Numbered from the stretch's first letter, positions 14,481 to 27,720 are shown. The stretch: DNA of 64,000 nucleotides from Lama glama (GCA_028534125.1 CM052832.1:7566001-7630000); one strand, 5' to 3'. Notes: a model not told the origin generated them from the letters alone. Made by a program: numbers and translations.

Positions 14481-14567
14481 TTACAGCAAGCTGCTGAAGT
14501 TTCTCAGCTTCGGGGAGCGAGGGTCATCTCTGCTGAAGATCTTCTGTTTCTGATGCGCAAAGATAAG
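14481..14567 (+). CDS. SUPT3H: SUPT3H internal coding exon (approx. human exon 4): [29 protein letters not shown]
   Basis: ttgttgttag| acceptor, |gtaata donor, 87 nt, phase 0/0. The translation matches the recalled SPT3 N-terminal histone fold ([10 protein letters not shown]). Confidence 0.96.
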
Positions 14568-17533
14568 GTAATAGAAAACAATTTCATTGTATTAAAATGT
14601 GATGCTTGGTGCTTAATTACACCTAGATAAGGAAACCGTGTGTCCTTTTATATAGCTTTCACATCGGGATCGTAACACTTGAGCTGATGTTTTAGTCTTT
14701 GTCGTTTACACAACAAAATGGTTTACTGCAGAAGAATTGATTTTTTATTTTTACCATGGACAAGGGCACTTATGGAAAACTATGCTGACAACTAATTGTC
14801 ACGTATTTTTACATATCTATGTAGACTTTTTCACTGCTATGTAATATTCACTAAATGTTGGATTGGGTGCTTTGTTCTGGTAACTGGAGTATAACTAAGT
14901 GGCATATTTATTTTTCTTCTTATTTTACATAGGATTATAGACTTTCATAGAGTAAGTTTTTAACTTCAAATACAAAGTTTAGTCTCTGACACTGGTTTAA
15001 AAAAAGCAAATCAATCAAGATGAATATTCCAATAGCATAAATATGCTCCATAATGTCTAGGTTTTTTTCATAAAGATCCACCTTTCTTACTCTTGGAACT
15101 CTGGTATTGAAATATTTAAGCTGATATTGACATGTCTAATTTTGTTATAACTCTCTTTCATGCGTAGCTGGTTGAAAATATTTTATGACATTTTACATGT
15201 TTTTAATAAAATTTTCATCTGAAAGTTACATGTGGAAAACCTGAGTGAATAACCACAGTATGTTATGGTGGGTATGCCCTCAGTGACCAAGCTGGGGCTT
15301 AGTTCCTAAGATCCCATCTTTCGTTTCTTCATTGTTTTCCCCTGGCCTTTAACTCCACTTACCCATTTCTCTCCCACCATTTTTGTATATTTTTGTCTCT
15401 GTTTTTTAATCAGCAGACACCCCATCTGACCTTCTGGATGTCCTTGTTAACATCCTTTCTGATACTCAATTACTTTATATTGTAAAACTTTTCCTTTTGA
15501 TTGACTGAAGATTGACTGAACTTGGATGGAATATTTGCTATCCTTTATGCAGTGAGATTCAGAGATCTACAAACTGCACCTTGACCAATCTGCCATTAAA
15601 TTTTATAAATTTTTAGTTCATGAACTCTTACACCAGCTCAGGATTATAAAGAGAATGGCTTCACTATCAAGAAGCTATCATCTGGTTTAGGAAATCTGTA
15701 CAATTTAGTTGAAGAACCATTTTGAGACTCGCAGCATTTTAAGGTTGTGTGCTTAGATGGAGAGGCTGTAGCATTTGTTGAAGTGGAGGTTTCTGCCTAG
15801 GATGAGACTCATGCAATTCTGTGTAGAATGGAACTAACTAGCATGCAGGTTCTGTAATCAAGGCAAACTGTGATTGGTATGATGGCTCCGGAAGTGGATA
15901 GGAGGGGCGTATTCAGAGAGAGAGTGAAGAGAGAATATGCAGGGTTTGCTGACTTCACTGTACTTGGAAGATGAAGGAGGAGCAGGTGCTGTACAGCAGT
16001 GGTGCCGTGAGGAAGGAGCCTGAAGGTGCTGTTGGCACAAGTGGGGACCTTGAGCCAAGCCTCTTTATGAAGGCAGCTGGAGGGCAGTGGCATTAGCGAG
16101 GTAAACAGGCCAGCCCAAAAATTAGTCCATATTGACACTTTTTTCCTGCCTTTTGGGGAAATCACAATTTACAATCATATTGAAACTTCAGGAACGTACA
16201 CTAATTGTCAAAATCCTTCTATTATCCAGGAGGACTCTTAATCACAATCTTTTTAGCAACCAAGAACATAGCTGTAATATGACAGTTGCCAGTATTCTCA
16301 TCTTTCTCCTCAAAATAATTTCATTTATATGATGACATGTTCCAAAGAGAATTTAAAGTAGTTTACTCAGATGGAATATAAGACAGAATAAAATCTGAAG
16401 TACTGGGTGGAATCAGAGCAAAGAAGACAGAAGGGTAGCAAAGACCAGTCTACAGGTGTGTGTTTTTTCTCTTAATAATTCCAGTTGGTATTTGGGCAGC
16501 CGTCACCGCCTGCCTGCTCCATTTTACATATTCCCCAGGCAGACTCACTCGTTCTCAGGTTTGTTCCTCACAACAGTCCTCTAAAGTGGGCACTTCACTT
16601 ACTTGGTCAATAAGGAAACAGGTTCAAAGGATATGTTCTACTTCTGGCCCTGCTAAGCTCTAGTTGTAAGTCTGTCTTTAACCTCGGTTTCCCTATATAT
16701 AAAAAGGAGGTGATTATATTTGTTTTATTTGTATCAGGGCTGTTGAAAATACCAGATAGAGGCATGTAAAAGAGCTTTGTAAATAGCAGTATGTTTCAGC
16801 TGTCACTGACTCAAACCTGGAGGTCAGGAACCATTAATAATCCATTCTACGTGTAAGTGTACAACAGATTACAAAGTACTATCGGTTACTTTTAAAGTTA
16901 AGCAGTATTTTAGTCTTCTGATAAACCCAGAGAAAGCCATCATTAAGACTCACCTATCACTCATCAGCTTTGAGTTTCAGAAACATATGTTTCTCAAATT
17001 ATAGAATGTTTTCCAGAAATATAAAGCATAACCCAACTCTTCTAAATAAAAGATTCTCAGAGAATTAAAAAAAAAAAACAAGAAAACACAGAGTGCTGGG
17101 CGCTTTAAAACAGTTGTTACATACCCCTTGTCTAGATGTTTATAAATCATTTCAAAAAATAAAATTTGGTATTGAATGTGCAAAATTCCGTAAAGTCAGT
17201 ATTGTCAGTTTAGTGTGGAGAGTGTGATATTACAATCTTCAGAAAGAATTTAACAACAACAACAACAACAAATCCCAGAAAGCAAAGACAGTTGTGATTC
17301 TGGAGCATCTGGATACTTGCAAATGAAAAGTGCTTTTAATGCTGCTTGTGTTTTAGCTTTTATGTTGACTTTGATGACTAAATTTTGAACTCATAGTATT
17401 ATACTGAGAAATTGCTCTATTTCCCCAGAGTCCTGGGGTACAAGTTTATTCAATTTAGTTATAATAGTCTTTCATCAGTAAAGTAAATATATGTGTAAGG
17501 TTTTTTTATTTACTTATCTCATCTTTTTAATAG

Positions 17534-17624
17534 AAAAAACTCAGAAGACTGCTAAAATACATGTTTTTCCGAGACTACAAATCGAAGATTGTCAAAGGCA
17601 TCGATGAGGATGATCTTCTGGAAG
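17534..17624 (+). CDS. SUPT3H: SUPT3H internal coding exon (approx. exon 5): [30 protein letters not shown](D)
   Basis: tttttaatag| acceptor, |gtaact donor, 91 nt, phase 0/1. Continues the frame of the previous exon. Confidence 0.96.
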
Positions 17625-18769
17625 GTAACTGAAGCAGAGCACTAAGCTAGTCATTAGACACGTGTATGCCCGCACCACGTTTGTACAACGTCAGTGTAGC
17701 TTTTCCCGGCAGAGTAGAATATATGTATTTCCACTACATGATGTAGTTTAGAAATTATCCAAATATTTGTTTCATTAGTAGTTAAATCTCATGATTTTTC
17801 TATTTGTGTGACTTCAGTGTAATCTGGTATTTCAGTACTTTCTTTTAATACAATGACCTGCTTTATTTACATCAGAATGTCATGAAGTTAGGAAAATTGT
17901 GGTGATTTAAAAACATAATCGATTTTAGCAAGCATAGTTTTCTGTTGTGAATGTAGGGAGCCAGGACTATTATAAAATTATCTTTGAAATTGACATACTT
18001 CTTTTTGTTCATTTATTATAGAAAGTATCATTTATTTTATGATGTTAAGTCACTTCATTTTAGTGTATTATTTCCATGCTGTTTGAAATCTAACAAAAAG
18101 CCTAACAGAGAAGAAAATTTTCCTTAGCTGATTTTCCGACTCAGTTCTCCATTTTATGATATTTAGAAAAAATATTAATGTTGCAAAATCAAATAGTGCC
18201 AAGCTGAATTTATTAATTAATAAATAATACTTATTAATCAAAATAAATGTTTTCTGTTTTTAGAAATAATTCATGTTTTATATTGGTACTCATAATGTTA
18301 CCCCTTTGCTAGAAGATACACGGATAAAGTAGCTAAACAAACTCTACTGTATTAAGGATTCCAGAAAGCTACTCAAAACCAACTGAAGAGTTCGCTGACT
18401 TTGAAAGAGAACCAGTTACTTTCGTTGGCCCCCAATAAATCAGCAAGTGTAGTAGCCATGCCATGAAAGAAAAAATTCTGATCAGATGTTTAATCAGTAT
18501 TGTCTGTTTAACATTCCTGCAGTTCTCATTGAATTTAACTGTTGGAAAATAGTTCTACAAATGAATTTAAATGCTTGCTTTTGTGGAGATCATAAAGCAT
18601 CATGGAGTAAAACAGAACTAAAGTCCAGTTAATCCCAGTTCTGTGCTTTCTACGTGTCCTTGAGGGTCATTTTTCTCATTTGTAAGTCAGAAATTGGGCT
18701 GCTTATCATGTGGTGTTCCTGTGAGAGTTCAGCCAATGTATGTACGTGCCTGATACATTCTTCAGCACG

Positions 18770-19230
18770 CTAGCAAGAGAAGGGAACCTTCTCAACCTGA
18801 TAAAGGTCATCGCTATGAACCAAATGTTTGTATCTCCCTAACATTCACATACTGAAGCCTAATCCCCAGTGCGATGGTATTCTGAGTCCTTGGAAAGCAA
18901 TGAGATCATGAGGGCAGAGGTTTCCTGCATGAGATTAGTGTCCTTGTGAGAAGGGACACAGAGCTTGCTTTTGCCCTCTGCTCTCCACCGCGTGCAGATA
19001 TGAGGAGATAGCCACCTGCAAACCAGAAGGCAGGCCCTCATCACACACCAGGACCCCAGAACCTGATCTTGGACTTGACAGCCTCCAGAACTATGAGAAA
19101 TAAATATCTGGTCTTTTACCTGTCTGTGGTATATTACAGCAGCCCAGACTGACCAAGACAGCCGTCTTTGGAAATGCCACACCTGTTGTCATTCTTAATG
19201 GTGAAAGATTGGGTGCTTTCACCCTAAGAA
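18770..19230 (+). mobile_element. Old L1 ORF2 fragment split by an MLT1A insertion
   Basis: gaagggaaccttctcaacctgataaagg and, after the LTR, cattcttaatggtgaaagattgggtgctttcaccctaaga are consecutive pieces of the L1 reverse transcriptase region. Confidence 0.7.
18811..19160 (+). mobile_element. MLT1A-type MaLR solo LTR
   Basis: Begins (t)gctatgaaccaaatgtttgtatctcccc, contains cagcctccagaactatgagaaataaat and ends gactgaccaagaca. About 350 bp. Confidence 0.85.
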
Positions 19231-19896
19231 TGTTTGGGTTATCTTCATTTGGTCTATGAGCATGTAATTTATCACATTAAAAACAGTCTAGTTCTTTCTT
19301 ACTCATTCACAGTGATACTTTCATGTATTAAACTGTATTAATTACCTATTGTAATACTACGTTCCTTCCTGACCTTTTGGAGTAACTTTCTCAGAGTTAT
19401 GTTTTGCTTTTAAATAAGTATGATAGTTGTATCTTTTATGAGAAAAAGAGTAGGATCTCATCCCATAGGTTTCAGATGTATTGGCACAATAGCATACGTA
19501 TTTTCTTCTTTTAATTTCATCTCTCAATCCTGATGTTTTTTATTTATTCCTTTGTTTTTATTTATTTTCTTAATTAGGCTTGTGATAGCGGGATTCTTTT
19601 TTCAAATCTGAGAGCCCTTCCTCTTTTTTATAAGGAGTTTTAATCAATCCATTCACACTTATTGGGGTAATTGATCATCTGCTTTTATTCTCTCAGTCTT
19701 ATTCATGACATAGATAGATGATTTAATTCTGCATGACTTAAACTTTTGTTTTGGTTGCAAGGATTCTCCCTTTGAAGATTGTTTTGATAGAATTACAATT
19801 CTGAATTTATATGCAGTATGCACTGCATATAATGATCGGGGCTGATGTAAATCTATTTAAGAAGATTTCTTTCTTCCTTCCCTTATCTTTATGAAG

Positions 19897-20036
19897 ACAA
19901 ATTGAGTGGCAGCAATAATGCGAACAAAAGACAAAAAATCGCTCAAGACTTTCTCAACTCTATTGACCAAACAGGAGAACTCTTGGCAATGTTTGAAGAT
20001 GATGAAATTGATGAAGTCAAACAAGAAAGAATGGAG
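19897..20036 (+). CDS. SUPT3H: SUPT3H internal coding exon (approx. exon 6): (D)[46 protein letters not shown]
   Basis: Pyrimidine tract plus atgaag| acceptor, |gtacag donor, 140 nt, phase 1/0. The split codon G+AC gives Asp. Confidence 0.96.
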
Positions 20037-23000
20037 GTACAGTACATTTTTCCCTTTAGGCAGTAATAGAATAACCATTGCAATCCCTGTACCATTTGAT
20101 TCTTTTCTTATGTTCTCTAAACATTGTCTGAAATGTCCAGATCAGTGGTTTCATGTCTGAAGGCAGCATTGTGCAGTGGAGGAGCCCTGGAAAGGGTGTC
20201 AGCTCTGCCTTCATAGTTTACCTTGGGGAACACCTTCAGTTTTCTGTTTCTTTGTTTCCTCCTTTGACTAGGAGTAGATTTCCCTAAGCTTCCTTCGGGA
20301 TCGTACTTTTACTGATAATATTTTACACCATAAAAACTAGCTTGTAGTTAAGTATTTACTTAGTTTTTATTCCAAATCATCCAGTTATCTTTGTGGGCCA
20401 AGGTGATTCTTACTGCTTTTGTGTTGACATACAGTGTGAAGAGCTATTTTTCAGGCCATAGTGGCAGGCTGCGGTTCGACTCACTAGCTACGTTAGTATC
20501 CAGGGCAATTACGTGCTTTACGTCACTGTAAAACAAAGTTAGGGATATGTGTTTGGATTCCCTGGTATGTTTTAACAATGAGTATGAAAATTGTATGCCT
20601 TCTATTTACCTTAGCTAGCTGTTTATAAAATTGTTTCCTTAAATACTTCTGGAAAAATAAAAGTAATGATTGATTTCACTTGAGTGCCTTCCAAAATACA
20701 GGCATTACTCTTATTGTTCTTATTATAACACTTTTACATGTAAAATAAGAAATCTCCATTTTTCCTCTTAAATTAGGCGAGAGAGGTAATGCCAGAACTC
20801 TGAAAGATCATGCTAAGTGCCTACTTTATCATAGTCTCTATGCATGCTAAAAATATAATTATTTCAGTGTTAAATTTTGGAGGAAGTCCAATAGACATAC
20901 ATGCTTTATAAACCTTAACAACCTTCTTTAAAGAATTAGTATGCTTGGATCATGAACTGTGATCTAAAGGCAATGTTCTTCTTAGGTATCAATTACCTTA
21001 GAAATGTGTGGTTATCTTGGTTTGGGGCAACGGCAAATGGTTTTAGTTCCACTTCGCCTTGGGCCAAAAACATACAAAGTTGTCCAAAGTAGATGATAAA
21101 CATATATTTCTGATGTCATTATGGCCTTAACAGGATATGATTGTTTAGTGGCATGGTTTCACTTATGATACATTATACAGAGAGCAAATATTGTTTACAC
21201 TTTATTTTTAAAACATTTTTATATTATACAAATGGGCATTAAGAAAATTTATTAAGGAAGGGCTCTACATAAAATATTAGGAAAATTAAACAAGCAGCTT
21301 TTCAGTTTTGTTGGGAAAATCTCTGGCAACCAAGCCTATTGCCCGGAAGGGCATTCCACAATCATGGAGAAGAGAAGAAATGGAGCATGTTGTAACACTA
21401 AGCTCATAATAGCAGGCTACTGTAGCCCTGGAAAAGTGATGAGTCAGGAAGGTACAAGTTCAAGTGAATAAAGCATTTGGAAATGCAGGGCAGAAAAGGC
21501 TTGGGGACTCATGCGGTTTCTATTTCTCTTCCCTATAGTTATATTATATATTACATCGTGGTAACCAGGATAATAAAATACCGATAGTTGATAAAAATAG
21601 TTACAATGAAAGTCAGCTTCATCTATACAATAAAAATTAGATTGGCAGTTCCTCTAAGCTTTATATCCTAACCAAAATAACAAAGAGTACTTTTGAGATT
21701 CTGCTCATCCAAATAACAGAGTTTAAATAAACAAAAATGCTGAACTTGTAGACATAACTGTAGACAGTAGAAAGTGGAACCGTTAAGAGCATAGTGCTTG
21801 CCTGCTTCTAATTTGACAGGTTATAGTTTCAAGCATAAACCACAACTGTGGCAGTTCATATGAAACCACTTTGGACTCACAGACTGCAATCCCTTGCTTT
21901 TAAAGTTCAGGAGAATAATCAGCCCTGGCATCACTCAGTGATTTAATTTTCCTCTAAGCATCACTTACAGTTGCAGAAACTTTGTTTCCTACCTTCTCCC
22001 TTAGAATGTATGAAAATGGTGTAGACCTACCAACAAAGCTTATTGCTGTTTTTTTTCTTTTCTTTTTTTCACTTAAATGTAAGTTAGAAAAGAAAAAAAA
22101 AAATCATAGACATAAAAACTCACTCGAGACCCTAGCTTTTTCTCAAAACATTGAGCAAGCTTATGAAAAACCGAGTTCTTTCCTGTTGTCTTCAGCTGAT
22201 AATCTCTTTGTGTTTTACTCATAATTTACTTCATTACCATTAAGTATTATATGATTTGGAAAATTAAAAATGTCTGAAATTTTGTATCCATTTCCACTCG
22301 CTAGTCCATCATCATGATATGTTAACTAATAACTCACCCCATTTATTTTCTTTACCAAATTTTTAACACGTGGGTGTAGATATAGTAGAGATCTATGATC
22401 CATGCTCTCTGAAGATACTTCTAAATTATCAGATAAAGATTAGATAATGTTCAGACTGGCTTTAGTGTATTTGAGGGAGTGGGAAAGAGAAGCAGGGAAA
22501 TGGTAAGCATAATAATACATATAAATACAACTCCCCTCCAGCCACCCCTAATCCCCTTAGCAAAGCCACCCCGGAATGACCAGGTGTGTTTGACTGTTGA
22601 TCCTGTTTCTTACATTAACTTTTTGAGATCTAATCAACTAAATGTGACTGTGTCAACCAAAGGCCAAGGAAGGGGTCACTAAATGCTACAGATAGCTTTG
22701 GGTTTTCTTAATAGAGAACCTGTGGTCACTCACAGGAGAGCCCTGCCTTAAGACCCTGCTGCTCCAGTGTGAAGGACCTTGAGGAGCCCAAGCTTGTCAC
22801 TAATCATGTAAATATCTGGTCTGATAAACCATGAGGTCTTGTGAAGGGGTGGTAGATAAGGAACCCGGAAAAAGTTGGGTGAGCTCTCTACCTTCTGACT
22901 CATCCTCAGACTGGTAAAAGTAAACAGGAGAGCGAAGATGAGGGGTCCCCAGAGAGCAGCCTTTAAACAGCTTAGGGTGCTGAGAATCCCCAGTGACTGT

Positions 23001-23399
23001 TTATCTTGTGTTTTTAAGTCAGAGGCCCAATCCTGGAATCTGGAGAGAAAGGAGAACAGAATACATAAAATTTAAGGCAGCTTAAAAATTGTTTAATTGA
23101 TTTAAAGTTGAATAAGATCCCAGGTGATCATATGAATTTAACCTGAAGTGACTGGTCATAGATTTTTAAACACAGTTTCTAATAAAGGCTGAATGATTGC
23201 AGAAGTCAGTTATGCCCCCAGGTGTGTTGAGGGTGTGATCCCTGAGGGACTCCAGTCCTGGTGTTATAGTTCTGGGAGCTAAGTAGACTGGAGAACTCAT
23301 TGAAGAGGCCAGAGAGGTGGATGGATGTACAAGTTCTTTGTCTCCTGTTTGTGAAGTGTGTTCTTTCTTCTCTTCCCCTTTTCTACCTATCATGATTGT

Positions 23400-26300
23400 T
23401 TTAATTATGAAGGAAAGTAAAATAACATGCCTTTAATTAAGACTAAGAGTTCAAAAATAGTGTCTTAGATAAGATGTATCATAAAATAAAAAAGGCTAAA
23501 CCTAGGAAGATAAATGTTTACAAATACCAAAAAAACTGAAAAAGTTACGTTAAAGATTAAAACCCAGAAAAAAGTTTAAAATATAGATCCTTACGGGATT
23601 AAGAAATGCAGTTGATATACTAGAAAAATATAGCTTATGTAAACATACATTCACGATATATGCAAATACACGTCTACCTTTATATGCATACATATACTGT
23701 GCCCACATATGTGTGTATAGTGTGTCTATACAAACAAAAATAAAATGTTACTAGTTTTTTATGTAAAAGAACAATCAGAGGTATATTAGACAAACCCAAA
23801 TGCTAGTGGTAACAGTATTAGTTCAGAGAAAAGAGAATTCAAAAGGAGAAGCTTTAAAGTGACACAAAGTCAGTAATTTTTATGTTACTAAAAGATGCTG
23901 CAGGTAGTGAAGATACTAAATACAAAATGTTAATCATCAAATTCCAGAGAATTGAAACATACCAAGCAAACGCTTCAAGTAGTTCAGGGAGAGGGCAGAA
24001 AAATGCATGTGTTGTGGAGGCTTGAACACATCGTTCTCAGTATTTAACAGAATAACTTGGGGAAAACAATTTTAATAATAAAAATTTAAGTTTATCTAAT
24101 AAATGCATACATTTTGTAAATGAGCAGCAGTTTTAAAAATCTTAGCCAGATAACTCTAAGGATTCCATGGTGCTCTTTAGGGAAAGTGAGAGGAGGTTTA
24201 ATGGGGCTCTAGGCCCCTTCTTCCCCTGTACCTTCTTCAACCAGAAGGACTTCTTCGGTTTTACATCATGGATCTGTACATCATCAATATAAAAAAGGAG
24301 TTTCACTTTTTTATTGAAAATCTTTACAAAATACCACTACTCATCTGCCCTAGGGAGTCTTTCTCTCTCCTCTCTCATAAACACACGCACACACAGTCGA
24401 CAGATTCCGAAAGTGAACAAATTTATAGAGCATATTACCTTACCAGAGCAAAAATCATAATAATAATAACCTGAAAGCAGTAACAGAGGTTAAACAAAGC
24501 TCTAACTGATTGAAAACTTAAAAAGGAAAAAAAAAAAAAAAAAACCAAAGAACCAACTAATGGATCAACAACAAATAACTTAAAAATTACTCTCCCACGA
24601 GCTATTTAGGTAATAACAGTGATGAGAATAGTCCATATAAAATTTACTAAGACTGGACAAATTTTATTTTAAAAAGAGGCAGTTTTTCACTCTTAAGCCT
24701 TTCATTATTAAATTAGGAAAAATGGAAATACAACATTCAACTAAAATTAGAAATTTTACATAAAAATAAATAGAAAACAGGAAAAATGAAAATATAAAAA
24801 TAAAAGCATTAAGTTAGAAAACACATAGTAATTGAATTTACCAATTTAAGAAATTCTTTACAAAAATAAAAATGAAGTGGCGAAATGAATCTATGACAAG
24901 TCTAAATGAAAAACAAAATGAAAAATAGCTGCTAGAAATTAGCACTGAGTAAGGACAGGCTGGAGAAATCAATTCTCGTAACTGTACTAATGTATTTAAA
25001 TTAATTCTCACAATTCTGTACTAATCTATTTGTAGATCTTGACAGAATAGATTTTTTCCAAAGAAAATGTAAACGATTAGTTTTATTCAAATGAAAGTAG
25101 AGAACCTGCAGGGATCAATAACCTTGAAAAAAAATGCTAAATGTTTTTAAAGAATTATGTCATCAAAGTTATGAATTTAAACCAGTTTATGGGAGAGCTC
25201 TTTTAAACACTTACAAAACAGTTAGTTCTCATGCTGTATAAACTATCTCAGAGCACAGAAAAAAGGAAAACTCATCATATTTTACAAAAGTTATCAGAAT
25301 ATAATCTCACTTACGAATATGGATACAGGAATCTTAAAATATTAGTAATTTTCATTTGACAGTATAAATAATAAGGGATGTACCATAACCGAATAGGATT
25401 TTTTTTCATGAGTTCAAATATGCTTCAGTGTTAGAAAATATATTATTGTTGCCCAGCAGATAGCTGGGTCATAGGAGAATACCCATATGATTGTCGTAGC
25501 AGATGATACGAAGACATTTGACAAAATTCACTTCCTGTTCTCCTTAGAAATTCTCGATAAACTAGAAATAGAAAAATACTGCCGTATCATGATACAGAAT
25601 AACTCATTCCAATGAACAGACATCATCACAGTTCTAAAAATATTAACAGAGTCCCATTAAATTCTAGGATGCCTACGGTTACCACTTTTATTTGCCAGAG
25701 TTCAGGGAGCTCTAGCCAGTGCAGTGAAAGGCTTAGCTACTAGGAGGAGACAGAAATTATCATTATGTAGAGAAAACACAACTTTTATTAGCTAATCCTT
25801 GAAAAATCTAAAAACTATTACAATCAGTTTAAATCTTTATTAAATTATATAGATACAAAATCAGCAGTTTCCCTCATGTTTCACTAACAGTGAATAAAAA
25901 TGAGAAGACAGTCTTATCCAAAATAATACAAGAAAAAACTTATTTGGAGATAAACTTCATACTAACAAGAAATATAAGAGAAATATGGAAGTGATATTTA
26001 ATGTACAGAGATAGGAATGTACATATGAAGGAACACTGTGTTCCCGTATATAAAGACTAGGTATTGTAAATGCCTCAACTGTGCCCATATTAATTTATTA
26101 GTTTAATCTAATTTTAACAGAAATCTCAGCAGAACTTTTTTAAACCATAAAATATCAGAATGTATTGAAAATTATAGAAAGATAAGGATAGTGAAGAAAC
26201 TTTGGTTAGCATAGAGGTCAGAGTTCAATTTGTGCTACCAGATAATAACATTCCTTAAAACTACTGTCATCAAGATAATGTAGTACTGGTGTAAAGTCCA

Positions 26301-26530
26301 ACAGACATACCAGTGAAGAGAATAAATGACAGAATTCAGTAGAGAGAATTTAGTCACAATAAAGGTAGCATTAGAGATCCGTGAAAGATTTGGAAAGAAA
26401 ATGGTAAAGATAACTCCTAACCTTGTCGTTGCATCGAAATAAATTCCAGATGAATGAAAGAATTAGGTATAAAAATAAAGCCATTTTTAATAAACAGAAA
26501 TCAACACAAGTAAGTATCAGTTAGGGGTTG
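23400..26530 (+). mobile_element. Long decayed ancient L1 (L1M) ORF2 region
   Basis: A-rich strand with recognisable L1 motifs (aagacatttgacaaaattca, aaatcagcagtttccct, tagtactggtgtaa, aaataaattccagatg). Many stops and indels. Confidence 0.7.
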
Positions 26531-26549
26531 AGGAAGGACTTTCCAGACT

Positions 26550-26726
26550 TTTGTTTCCCAAACTAGCTTTTCAAGAAATACTCCTCCTCAGGATGGTGAC
26601 AGGTGTACTGCGGAGAGTAGGGTGGAGAGGAGTGGTCTACTCTCAGATCAATCTGTGAAATCCTAGATTAAGAAACTTAAGAGGTTTCTTTTGGGACTTC
26701 TCAGAGGCTTTTTGTATGTAAATATA
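26550..26726. mobile_element. hAT-Charlie-like fossil hosting the Tigger MITE
   Basis: tgtttcccaaa... and aggtttctt...ggacttctcagaggct resemble a recalled Charlie-family consensus. Confidence 0.4.
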
Positions 26727-26728
26727 TA

Positions 26729-26968
26729 CAGTTGACTCTTGAACAATACTGGTTTGAACTGCACAGATCCACTTATACAAGGATCTTTTCGATGGTAAGT
26801 ACTGCCGCACCACTTGATCCGCAGCTGGTTGATTCCTGCAGTGTGGACCCTGGGGTGTGAAGGGGCTGCTTTTATGGAGGGCCGAGAGTCAGCTCCAGGT
26901 TATACCTGGATTTGCAACTGTGCAGAGTTTTGGGGCCCCTAACTCCTGCGTTGTTCAAGCGTCAACTG
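26729..26968 (+). mobile_element. Tigger2-derived MITE (TcMar-Tigger), complete
   Basis: TIRs cagttgactcttgaacaa and ttgttcaagcgtcaactg (17/18 complementary). TA target duplication on both sides. 240 bp. Confidence 0.9.
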
Positions 26969-27249
26969 TATTTATCATTTATGTTATGCTTCTCTTAATC
27001 CTCAATTGATTTCCTTTATTCTATACATTCTCTTTTCATCTTACTCTTTTTCTCCCCCATTGAAAGCATTTAGTTTCGTGTGGGGCTACAGGATATGCTT
27101 TTTGAGGTAAATTAAATGATTATTCTCGATAAACTAGAAATAGAAAAATACTGAGTCAGAGAATATAACCTTGCTCAGTGTCATAGGGACTGTATTTAGA
27201 GCTGCAGTAATGACATAAGAAGTTCAAAATAGTTAACATTTCCACATGA

Positions 27250-27720
27250 TGCTTTTTGATTGCAGTGAACAGAAAACCCATTTCAAATGGAATGAACCAG
27301 TTAGGGAAATGCACCAGCTCAGGTGAACAACCAGAGGTGGACTCGGCTTTAAGCAAGGTTTGATACTGAGGCTCACAGGAGGTTACTGGATTTGTAGCTC
27401 CATTTCCCACTGTTTCTTACCCCTTTCTGTTTTTGTTCACCTAATCTTTAGACTGATAACCTCATAGGAGCACTAATGCTATAGAAGTTTCAGGTCTTTA
27501 CAGAAAGCCTTTGTCTCAGGGTTTCCTCTGCAAATACTTAGGTCACAAGATCTTCTGAAACCCCCACTATCCACAGTAGCTGCTAGGATGACACCTCTGA
27601 TCGGCTCAGCCTAAGCCATGTGTTCCATGCCTAAAGGAGGGTGCAATCAGCTTCTTAAAGTGTCCATCCCTGGAGCTTTAGGAAGAAGGAATGGTTGCTG
27701 GAAAGGCAGTGCCAAAGGTC
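27250..27720 (-). mobile_element. Old MLT1-type MaLR LTR (decayed)
   Basis: The start ttgattgcagtgaacagaaaacccatttcaaatgg and ctgatcggctcagcctaagccatgtgttcc resemble reversed old MLT1 LTRs. Confidence 0.45.

Noticed and set aside
14525..14540. Residue differences from recalled human SUPT3H ([20 protein letters not shown])
   Set aside because: They are mostly conservative and judged against a remembered sequence. I cannot call them lineage-specific or adaptive without an alignment.
19906..20160. ORFs overlapping exons (19906..20160, 55434..55799, 60098..60376)
   Set aside because: These are off-frame readings of SUPT3H exons extended into introns, with no independent coding signal.
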